Shown: positions 31,601 through 38,961 of the stretch, one piece after another | Position numbering within the stretch: position 1 is the first letter of the stretch | How the letters are laid out: every line of letters starts with the position of its first letter | Source: Candidatus Sulfomarinibacteraceae bacterium | GTDB lineage: Bacteria > Acidobacteriota > Thermoanaerobaculia > Thermoanaerobaculales > Sulfomarinibacteraceae | Direction: 5' to 3' | DNA length: 64,000 nt | Assembly (NCBI GenBank): GCA_963796455.1 | Contig: CAWCLO010000001.1 | Span: 96,001 to 160,000, forward strand | Program-made: the position numbers and the translations under genes | Notes under the pieces: model-generated | Databases searched by the model: none | The model's input: only the letters and a program-made list of their open reading frames with translations | Told to the model about the DNA's origin: nothing

Positions 31601-31919
31601 CTTCATAGGTCCATCTCGAGGGAAGACCTCCTGTGATCGGCATCGTGTAGATTTCTGCCGGTCCTTCATAGTTCGCGGTGAAGGCCACCATCGATCCGTC
31701 GTGAGAGATGACGGGGTGGCTTTCCGTTGCCGGATGACTGGTCAGCCGATGGGCCAGGCCTCCGTCGATCGGGACACTCCACAGATCACCCTCGGCAGAG
31801 AAGACCACGGTGTCGCCGTGGATGGCGGGGTGTTGGTAGTAGCCCTGGGTCGATTGCGCCCAGACGGAAGAAACGAGCAGAATGGAAAAAAGAAGCGCAG
31901 ATCCAACCCGAATTTTCAT
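28668..31919 (-). CDS. Tricorn-like S41 family protease
   Basis: GYYQHPAIHGDTVVF, beta-propeller repeats, PDZ, IGYVHL.AM, DFRHNNGG, TASDGE, GMRTWGG, IEGHGVEPDI. Confidence 0.92.
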   Translation of the reverse strand: MKIRVGSALLFSILLVSSVWAQSTQGYYQHPAIHGDTVVFSAEGDLWSVPIDGGLAHRLTSHPATESHPVISHDGSMVAFTANYEGPAEIYTMPITGGLPSRWTYEAEVSIATTWAPDGGLVYATSHYSTLPDLQLVSIDLESRVHTRVPLSQASEGVYDDSGDTLFFVRPGYHRNVTKRYQGGTARKIWKFARDASEAEVLTPDYAGGSHSPMWWNGRVYFISDRDGTMNIWSMDSDGGTLEQHTNHSGWDVRAADLHGGRIAYQTGADLWLHDLESGASSMIPITLASDFDQLREKWVKKPMQYLTSAHIHPEGESVVLTARGRVFVAPAKAGRRLRASHTPGVRFRDGVFMPSGDEILVLSDESGELEFTTLPADGVGDSTVLTDDGAILRFQGHPSPDGAWIAYTDNNSDLWLLDLASKAQKRISTNREGVGDISWSPDGRWVVFVQAALNSFQQLWLHDTKSGQLTAVTSDRFNSSDAVWSPNGKWLYFLSDRNLQSVVGSPWGTRQPEPYFDKAMKIYQVSLQDDLRPPFRPDDELFEKPEKEKKEKPDGEEPGTPPVEIDLEGLRERVWEVPVDAGNFHGLGVNAEALFWMSRDSGLGAKTHLMGAEISDEKVEAKTLVEDVRSFELAANGKKLLLRKGEDFFVIDAKAAEPAKLGEHKVDLDGWTFAIDVREDWRQIFIDAWRLERDYFYDPAMHGVDWNAVRDKYLPLVDRVTTRGELSDLIGRFVGELSALHTSVRGGDLRDGPDDIDAAGLGARLVRDPDAGGYRIDYIYQSDPDLPDLRSPLADPLLGISAGDIVEAVNGLATLSADHIGALLRNQENRQVRLRVKSADGGASRDVIVVPTGDERGLRYRDWEYTRRIEVEDKSDGKIGYVHLRAMGSRDISAWYREFYPVFNRQGIILDFRHNNGGNIDSIILEKLIRQAWFYWKTRVGEPYWNMQYATRGHLVALCDQNTASDGEAVIEGFRRLGLGEIIGMRTWGGEIWLSSVNRLSDGGLARAPMMGVYSADGEWLIEGHGVEPDIVVDNLPHATFMGSDAQLDTAIEHLLEKIRQDPRSVPEAPPYPDLSFDYPER

Positions 31920-31960
31920 CAAATCCTCCCTCTGTGGACCCCGTATCTTAGCCTGCCGCC

Positions 31961-32030
31961 CATCGCTATCGCTATCGGGATCGCTCTCGCTATCGACGTG
32001 ATGGCATCGATGTCCCGATCCCGATCCCGA
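31961..32030. repeat. ATCGCT / CCCGAT hexamer arrays
   Basis: catcgctatcgctatcgggatcgctctcgctatcg...cccgatcccgatcccga; same family as 2341-2378 and 41488-41590. Confidence 0.7.
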
Positions 32031-32086
32031 ATAGGGCGGACCGCACCCACATGGCAGAGGAGCATGGGGCCCAGCGATCTTTCAGT

Positions 32087-32204
32087 ATGTCATCCTGAGC
32101 GCAGCGCCTCGGGCGCGCAGTCGAAGGATCTATGAGATGGACAAAACGACCCGAGCCGCAGATCCTTCGACTACGCGCCTTTGGCGCTTCGCTCAGGATG
32201 ACAT
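32087..32204. repeat. REP/REPIN-like palindromic element, copy 2
   Basis: ATGTCATCCTGAGCG...CGCTCAGGATGACAT outer IR, AGTCGAAGGATCT/AGATCCTTCGACT inner IR, and the same central GATCTATGAGATG as copy 1. Confidence 0.9.
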
Positions 32205-32539
32205 CGGGAGGCGCCGTTGGCATCCATTGTCAGTGAAGGATGGTTCGCCCTTCCTCCCTTTCGCCTTTTCGCCCTTTCGGTAACGGTAACGGGCTCGGGC
32301 TCCGGCCCGGGATCCAGCATCCAGGATCACTGCTGTCCAAAACAGATCGTCACGCGAAGTTTTCCAACTGACAACACGTGGCTTACGAGTTGGTTTTTGG
32401 CATTTCCGGTCCGTGGTTGCCCCGTGCCCACGTCCGCGTCCGTGCCCGAATTGCAGCGGCAGCGACAGTGTCCAGCGGCGGCGGCAGCGGCAGCGGCAGC
32501 GGCAGCGGCAGCGGTCAGGAGTACAGGCGACGAAGTGGC

Positions 32540-32669
32540 CACCTCCGGGTCGTTCAACACAAGGGGTAGCCGGTGGGCGGCCGATGTCAAGGACAGTCAG
32601 GGTGCAGGGCATCCTTGACATCGGCCACCACACCGGCTTGTGGGTATGGGCATGAACGACCCGGAGGTG
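32540..32669 (+). promoter_or_regulatory. Long nested hairpin in the 5' leader that sequesters the RBS of the four-helix gene
   Basis: 32540-32556 pairs with 32653-32669 (17 bp, includes GGAGGTG); 32568-32575 with 32631-32638 (8 bp); 32579-32593 with 32612-32626 (15 bp). Confidence 0.8.
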
Positions 32670-32672
32670 ACC

Positions 32673-33026
32673 ATGTCCTCAGCCGCCACGACCACCAACC
32701 TCGTTGCCCACTCGAAAGCCCTCGAAGCAGCAGGAATCGCGATCAAACTCGTGATGAGAGTTCCCGCTCCGCTGAAATCCATAGCCGATCAGGTAGTCCG
32801 ATCGGCGAGCTCAGTCCCGGCCAACCTGGCAGAAGGCCACGGCCGTTTCGGTAGAGACCGGTTGAACCACTGGAGAATCGCGTACGCCTCCGCGAAAGAG
32901 GTCGACAGCCACTTGCAGCTCCTCGCCGACGCCGGGGCGATCAGCCCGAACGGAGCCAGTGAAGCGATGAAGGCCTTCGATCAAGTCCGTGCCATGACCT
33001 GGCGCCTCTTGAACCCGACTAAGTAA
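32673..33026 (+). CDS. Four helix bundle protein (23S rRNA intervening-sequence protein / bAvd-like)
   Basis: L.A..KA, DQVVRSASSVPANLAEG.GR, RIAYASAKEV motifs; ATG just after the GGAGGTG RBS; 117 aa. Confidence 0.9.
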   Translation: MSSAATTTNLVAHSKALEAAGIAIKLVMRVPAPLKSIADQVVRSASSVPANLAEGHGRFGRDRLNHWRIAYASAKEVDSHLQLLADAGAISPNGASEAMKAFDQVRAMTWRLLNPTK

Positions 33027-33174
33027 GGGCTGTCCGCTGACGCTGACGCTGCCCCGGCCGCTGGTCGCTGCCGCTGCCTACTGAACGCTGCCGCCGTCCA
33101 CTGTTCCCTGTCGCTGTTCCTGCCCGAACTCACACCTGGCAGGAGTGATCTCTCATCCAGGAACGAGCGGCGGG

Positions 33175-33248
33175 CCCTTCCCCCTTTCTCCCCTTTCTCC
33201 CTTTTTTCTCCCTTTCCCCCTTTCTCCCCTGCCCCTCTGCTCCTCTGC
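33175..33248. repeat. Pyrimidine-rich ~8-10-mer array (reverse complement of the 2201-2240 / 2299-2328 type)
   Basis: cccttccccctttctcccctttctccc...cccctgcccctctgctcctctgc. Confidence 0.7.
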
Positions 33249-33252
33249 CACG

Positions 33253-33283
33253 AAAAAACCCGGGCCGCGAGGCCCGGGTTGTT
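33253..33283 (-). terminator. Intrinsic terminator of the M13 peptidase gene
   Basis: AACCCGGGCC-gcga-GGCCCGGGTT stem followed by a T-run on the minus strand. Confidence 0.8.
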
Positions 33284-33305
33284 CAAGTTGGTTTCTCGTA
33301 CTGCC

Positions 33306-35348
33306 CTACCAGATCTTCACCCGCTCCTCGGGCGGTAGGTAGAGGGCGTCGCCCTCCTTGACATCGAAGGCCGCCACGAATTCGGGCATATTCGGGACCG
33401 GGCCGTTGACCCGGAATTCCGGTGGCGAGTGGGGGTCAGTCTGGACGCGATTGCGAGTCGCCTCCTCGGTTGCCTTGTATCGCCACACCTGGCCGATGCC
33501 CATAAAGAACCGCTGATCTCCAGTCATACCGTCGATCACCGGGGCTTCCTGGCCGTCGAGCGACATCTGATAGGCACGGTAGGCGATCGTCAGACCGGAG
33601 AGATCACCGATGTTTTCGCCGAGGGTCAGCTCGCCGTTGACATTCAGGTCCTCAAAGACCTGGAATTTTGCATACTGATCGACGAGAGCCTGGGTCCGCT
33701 TTTTGAATTCGGCAAGATCCTCGTCGGTCCACCAGTTGTTCAGATTGCCTTCGCTGTCGTACTTCGAACCTTGATCGTCGAAACCGTGGCCCATTTCGTG
33801 GCCGATCACCGTCCCGATGGCACCGTAGTTGACCGCGTCATCCGCCGCCATATTGAAGAACGGAGGCTGCAGGATGGCGGCCGGGAACACGACTTCATTC
33901 ATCGACGGGTTGTAGTAGGCGTTGACGGTCTGCGGAGTCATCCCCCACTCCCAGTCCCGAATCGGGCCGCCGAGCTTGCTCCGGTCCAGTTCGAAGAAGA
34001 AGAGATTTGCTCGCCGGATATTGCCTACCAGGTCACCATCGACGATTTCGAGATCGGTGTAATCCTCCCAGCGGTCAGGATAACCGACCTTGGGGACGAA
34101 CTTGGCAAGCTTGACCTGGGCCTGAGCTTTGGTCTCGGGGCTCATCCATTCGAGGCCTTCGATGGCCTCGCCATAGGCGGCACGAAGATTTTCAACCAGT
34201 TCGACCATCCGCGCCTTGGCCTCGGGTTTGAAGTGACGGCTCACATAGACCTTGCCGATGACCTCGCCAAGGCTGCTGTTGACCGTGTCGACCCCAAGCT
34301 GCCATCGCGGCCGCTGTTCCTGCTGGCCGTTGAGGGTGCGCTGGTAGAAATCAAAGTCCTGGTCGACGATCGGCGCGGAGAGATAGTTGGCGGTCCGGTT
34401 GAGCAGATTCCACCGCAGATACAATTTCCAGACCTCGACCGGGGTTGCCTCGAATATCTGGTTGAAGCCCTCGAGGTAGCTGGGTTGGTAGATGATGATG
34501 TCGTCTTCGGCCTCGAGTCCAGCCGCTGCGAGAAAGGCCGGCCAATCGACACCATCGCCGAGGGTGCCGAGATCATCGACGGCGAATTTGTTGTAGGTCT
34601 TGTCGCGGTCGCGGTTCTCGACTGTCGTCCAGTGTTTGGCGGCCATCTCGGTCTCGAGGGCCATCAATCTCTGCGCCGATCCCTTTGGGTTGTCAAATCC
34701 GGCCAGCTCGAACATCTTCTCGATGTGGGACACATAGGCCGCGCGAAGCTCGACCGACTTTTCGTCTTCCCGGAAATAATAGTCACGATCCGGCAGACCC
34801 AGACCGCTCTGGTAGAGGTGAGCGGCGTAGCGGGTCGAATCCTTGCCGTCGATCGAGATGAAGACCGTGATCGGGCCACCGGTGCCGAGAATCTTGCTGT
34901 TGGCGAAGTAAGCCGAAAGCTCGCTTCGGTCGGAGATGGCGTCGATGGTTGCGAGCCCGTCGGCAATCGGAGACACACCGAGTTCGTCGAGACGCTCGGT
35001 GTCCATGAAGGAGTTGTAGAGATCGGCCACCTTCTTTTCGTCGGAGCCGGGCTCGAGATCATCACTGGCCGACACATCTTCGATGATCGCCAGCACGTCC
35101 TCGCGCGAGCCGTCGCGGAGGTCCAGAAAGACCCCGGTGTTGGTCCGGTCGGCCGGGATCTCGGCGGTCTCGAGCCAGGTCCCATTGACATAGCGGAAGA
35201 AGTCGTCCTGCGGTCGGACGGATGTGTCCATATTCGCCAGATTGATGCCGCTGGTCAGCACGATCTCCGCCTCCTCGGTGTCGACCGCTGCCTGGCCGCA
35301 CCCGATGAGCGCGAGCAGACACAGCGATCCCAGAATCGTTCGTTTCAT
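33306..35348 (-). CDS. M13 family (neprilysin/PepO-like) endopeptidase, lipoprotein
   Basis: Lipobox LIGC; PQDDFFRYVNG.W, VNAYY, GHEMGHGFDDQG, GENIGD, HSPPEFRVNG. Confidence 0.93.
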   Translation of the reverse strand: MKRTILGSLCLLALIGCGQAAVDTEEAEIVLTSGINLANMDTSVRPQDDFFRYVNGTWLETAEIPADRTNTGVFLDLRDGSREDVLAIIEDVSASDDLEPGSDEKKVADLYNSFMDTERLDELGVSPIADGLATIDAISDRSELSAYFANSKILGTGGPITVFISIDGKDSTRYAAHLYQSGLGLPDRDYYFREDEKSVELRAAYVSHIEKMFELAGFDNPKGSAQRLMALETEMAAKHWTTVENRDRDKTYNKFAVDDLGTLGDGVDWPAFLAAAGLEAEDDIIIYQPSYLEGFNQIFEATPVEVWKLYLRWNLLNRTANYLSAPIVDQDFDFYQRTLNGQQEQRPRWQLGVDTVNSSLGEVIGKVYVSRHFKPEAKARMVELVENLRAAYGEAIEGLEWMSPETKAQAQVKLAKFVPKVGYPDRWEDYTDLEIVDGDLVGNIRRANLFFFELDRSKLGGPIRDWEWGMTPQTVNAYYNPSMNEVVFPAAILQPPFFNMAADDAVNYGAIGTVIGHEMGHGFDDQGSKYDSEGNLNNWWTDEDLAEFKKRTQALVDQYAKFQVFEDLNVNGELTLGENIGDLSGLTIAYRAYQMSLDGQEAPVIDGMTGDQRFFMGIGQVWRYKATEEATRNRVQTDPHSPPEFRVNGPVPNMPEFVAAFDVKEGDALYLPPEERVKIW

Positions 35349-35587
35349 TCCTTGCCTCCCTCGTGGATTTGTTCGGTGGTCACCGATATTCATTTTCCCG
35401 TTTGCACATGTTCGGCCATCGATTCCGGCCCGGAACCGGCCGCGAAGCGATGACTCCCTGATTTATTCGCAAGAAGCTTCAACAAGTTTCAAATCTGGCG
35501 CCGCGATTCGCCGTGTATCATGATGCGGCGAGGGGCCGGGGCGGTTCCGCCGGGGCCCAGCCGGATCGATTACGGAGGTTATCAGCA

Positions 35588-37361
35588 ATGCGCAATCTCA
35601 TCACCATCTGTCTCGTGGCCACTGTTTCGATCCTTGCCGCCTGCACCCAGGACGCCGACAGCCCGGCCGATCTGATCCTGCTCGACGGCAGAATATACAC
35701 CATGGAATCGGAAAAACCGTGGGCCGAGGCGGTGGTGATTTCAGGCAACCGGATCACCGCCGTGCTCGATTCCTCCGAAGAGGCCCGATCCCTTGCCGGC
35801 CCGGACACCCGAATCATCGATCTCGACAGGCGCCTTCGTGGTGCCCGGCTTCATCGACGGCCACATCCACTTCGACAGCGCCGGCGCGCTGCTGACCGAC
35901 ATCAATCTGCTCCGCGTTTCCGATGAGCAGGGCCTTCGCGACGAGGTCGCGCGGGTGGTGGACAACATCGATGACGGCGAATGGATCGTCGGTGGGATGT
36001 GGGGCGCTTACGAGCAATGGGCACTTGGAGCGGCGCAGGCCGGAGCCGGGCCGGAGTCACGCTGGCTCCCTTTTAAGGCCATGATCGACGAGGTCTCGAC
36101 AGAAAATCCATGCCTGCTGTCGAGCTTCGACCGCAAGCTATTCCTCGCCAACACACCGGCACTCGAGGCGGCCGGTCTCCTCAGCGATCCCCTCGCCGGG
36201 ATGCAACGCCACCACGATGGCAGTCCTACCGGCCTGATCCGGGCTGCCTCGCCGGCCCTCGACAGGATCCGCCAGCTGATCAAACCCAAATCCGAAGCAC
36301 GCTCGCTGGCGGAAAACCGCGCGGCCTTGCGGGAGCTGGCGGCGTCGGGCATCGTCGAGGTCCACGATATCGCCAAACCCGACCAGACCGCACGGCTGGT
36401 CAAACTGCAGGAGAACGGCGAGCTCACCTGCCGATTCTGGCTGCGCCCCGACCTCTCGCGCGGTGCCGAACTGGGTGAGGCCGGTCTGACCATGGGTCTG
36501 CACCCGGTAAACAAAGAGCCCGACGGGTGGCTCCGTTACGGTGCCCTCAAAGGCTATATCGACGGGATCATGGGGACCCACGGGGCCCTGTTCTTCGAGC
36601 CATATAACGACCAACCCGGAAACTACGGACACTACCGACGTCACACCTCGGACGACCCCGATTTCGCCACTGGAAATATGGAGAAGATGTACGGGCTGTT
36701 GACCGAAGCACGCGAGTCGGGCTTCGTTGCCAATGTTCACGCCATCGGCACCAAGGGCTCGGCGCTCATGCTCGATACCTACGAACGGTTGATGAAGGAG
36801 GTGGGCCGCGATCTCGAGGGATACCGGGTGATCCACGCCCAGGTCATCCGGCCCGAAGATTTTCCGCGATTCAAAGAGCTCAACGTCATCGCCGAGGTCA
36901 ACCCCTACCACATATCTGACGACATGCGGTGGATGGAAGAACGCATCGGCCACGAGAGGTGCAAGGGCGCCTACGCCTTCCGCTCGCTGCTGGACAACGG
37001 CGCCACGCTTTCCTTTGGTTCGGATTGGCCCGGTACCTCGGCGGCCTATTACCACGTTCACCCCAGATACCTGATCCACGCCGCCGTCAACCGCACCACC
37101 CTGGCAGGCGAGCCTGAAGGCGGCTGGTTCCCTGAACAGAAGATCACCATGCACGAGGCGCTCGAGGCCTACACCATCAACAATGCAGCGGCGGCATTCG
37201 AAGGCGACAGCCGGGGCTCGATCAAGGCCGGCAAACTAGCCGACATCACCGTCATCGACCGCAATCTGATGGAGATTGATCCGTCGGAGATCCTCGACAT
37301 GGAGATCGAGATGACCATCGTCGACGGCCGGGTGGTCTATGAGCGGGGTACCGAAGGTTAG
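35588..37361 (+). CDS. Amidohydrolase_3 (YtcJ-like) lipoprotein, frameshift ~35829
   Basis: Lipobox LAAC; removing one A at ~35829 gives IIDLDGAFVVPGFIDGHIH; KGYIDG, VHAIG, FGSDWP, GKLADITV. Confidence 0.85.
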
Positions 37362-37395
37362 CTCGGTACCCTCGGGCTCACATACATCGAAGATC

Positions 37396-37450
37396 TGTCG
37401 CCCCTTCAGGGCTCGCAAGCTGCGTACAAACGGTACGCCCCTGCGGGGCT
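37396..37450. repeat. Two short GCCCC-N3-GGGC hairpin (REP-like) units between convergent genes
   Basis: cgccccttcagggct (37399-37413) and cgcccctgcggggct (37436-37450). Confidence 0.5.
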
Positions 37451-37466
37451 CTCCCGTCCGCCCAGT

Positions 37467-38828
37467 CTATCCCCGCCCACTCACGCTTCTTCCCACAAGG
37501 CCCAGGGGCCCGAAGCCCGCGATACCGGCGCCGACCAGGGGCAACAGCAGCGGTACCCATCGCAAACCGAGCCAACCCTCGCCGCCGACGCCGCCAATCG
37601 CCAACATGGCAAGGCCGCCGCAGGCGATGCCGCAGCCGATGAGCTGCAGCCAAACCGCAGCCGGTCGACGGTCCTTGTCCGAGGAGGGTCGTTCGAATCT
37701 CGAAAACACCAACAGAAACGGCACGGTGACAATGGTGTAGGCCGCCAGCCACAACGGACGGGTCAACCACCACCCGGTGGTATTTGGGTATTGTCCGAGA
37801 ACCGACGGCATCTGCCAGAAGGCGAGGCCAACCAACAGCATCATCACCGTCGAGTGCCAAAGGAAGATCGTCATGATCATGCCGTTGATCATTATCGTGG
37901 CGGCCCAGGGCACCCTCTTCGCGAGCCATCGTCTGGCCGGTTTCTCGAACAAAAGAACCAGCCCGATCTGCGCCGCAGCGAGCGCCAGCAGCGGCAATTT
38001 CGGCGGCAGGGTATTGCTGATCTCGTCGGTCGGGACGCCGACCAGGGCCAGTGGATAGGGCCCGAGTTGCGTCAAAGCGCCCAACGAAAGAAGGCCGGCA
38101 GCGAAGAGCGACCAGCCAGTCTTCACGCCGCTGATACGTCCGTCGTGCCACGCATATCCCAGCTGGTGGACCGAAAGCCAGACGAAGGGGTAGTTGAGCC
38201 AGGCGAGGGTCCGCATATCGCCGGCGAAAAACGCCACGTCCATCACCGCGGCCGCCATCACCGGCGCCAGAACAGAAGCAAAGCCCCACTTCTGCCAGGC
38301 AGCGTGGCTCCACGGCACAAGGGCCACGACCATGATGTAGACGGCCAGGAACCAAACCGGAATCAAGGCCACCTTCGAGCCGATAAAGATCATCCGCGGT
38401 CCGACACCGTTTGCGTGGGCCACCGCAACCATCGCGCCCCACGCGATCAGCAGGGGGAGGACCGGACCGATCAGACGTCGTGAACGGCTGTCGAACCATG
38501 CGCGATAACTGAGCTTCTTGCGCTTGGCGGACTCCCACGAAATGCCGTTCGAAAATCCACCGACAAAGAAAAAGATCGGCATCACCTGGAAAAGCCAGGT
38601 CAGCCACTGCGACCACGGTGCCAGAACGAGAAGGTGGCTATAAGCCGGAGCCCCGTCTGCAAAATAGGGCGCGGAGATGAGCCAATGCCCCAAAACGACT
38701 GCGAGAATCGACAGGGCCCTGAGAAAGTCAACATATCGGTTGCGTTCCTCCGGGGTTCGATCGGCATACCAGAGCGCACTCCCCCACAGACTGCGCGGCG
38801 GACGGTCGTCGGTGGCATCCTGAATCAT
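37467..38828 (-). CDS. Acyltransferase-3 family membrane acyltransferase
   Basis: RNRYVDFLRALSILAVVLGHW, QVMPIFFFVGG, MTIFLWH; about 11 TM segments. Confidence 0.88.
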   Translation of the reverse strand: MIQDATDDRPPRSLWGSALWYADRTPEERNRYVDFLRALSILAVVLGHWLISAPYFADGAPAYSHLLVLAPWSQWLTWLFQVMPIFFFVGGFSNGISWESAKRKKLSYRAWFDSRSRRLIGPVLPLLIAWGAMVAVAHANGVGPRMIFIGSKVALIPVWFLAVYIMVVALVPWSHAAWQKWGFASVLAPVMAAAVMDVAFFAGDMRTLAWLNYPFVWLSVHQLGYAWHDGRISGVKTGWSLFAAGLLSLGALTQLGPYPLALVGVPTDEISNTLPPKLPLLALAAAQIGLVLLFEKPARRWLAKRVPWAATIMINGMIMTIFLWHSTVMMLLVGLAFWQMPSVLGQYPNTTGWWLTRPLWLAAYTIVTVPFLLVFSRFERPSSDKDRRPAAVWLQLIGCGIACGGLAMLAIGGVGGEGWLGLRWVPLLLPLVGAGIAGFGPLGLVGRSVSGRG

Positions 38829-38961
38829 GAGACCGATTATACGTTGAGGTCATTCGTGACCCGCCACCTGTCAATGGATATTTGCGGTTGTCAGCGCCAC
38901 ACCGCCCCCGTATTCTCGTTCCTGACAACGCGGGGGATACGCAGTACCGAAGGAGGGTTTC

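Larger units (their letters stand above)
32309..33125 (+). mobile_element. Complete four-helix-bundle-associated element (copy B)
   Basis: Conserved left end shared with 11184+; (CAGCGG)n array; nested hairpin leader; four-helix gene; (CGCTG) right array complementary to the left array. Mobility is inferred from dispersed copies. Confidence 0.7.

Noticed and set aside
32392..32420. Sigma-54 promoter at the conserved TTTTGGCAT motif (also ~11270)
   Set aside because: The GG-N10-GC spacing is not met in either copy.
32217..32655. Poly-Ala, RQ-repeat or GS-repeat peptides as RiPP precursors or small proteins
   Set aside because: They are translations of the CAGCGG hexamer array in different frames, with no RBS support.
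32673..33026. Diversity-generating retroelement or rRNA intervening sequence implied by the bAvd/IVP-like gene
   Set aside because: No reverse transcriptase, no TR/VR pair with adenine-specific mismatches and no flanking 23S rRNA sequence in the window.
33429..35453. Long antisense ORFs (also 2998-4704, 18408-20021, 12007-13266, 50138-51505, 60335-61600)
   Set aside because: They shadow motif-bearing genes on the opposite strand, which is typical of GC-rich codon bias, and have no recognisable motifs.
35820..35835. Programmed ribosomal frameshifting at the split genes
   Set aside because: No X XXY YYZ slippery site or downstream stimulator was seen, and these families are not known for recoding; sequencing error is more parsimonious.
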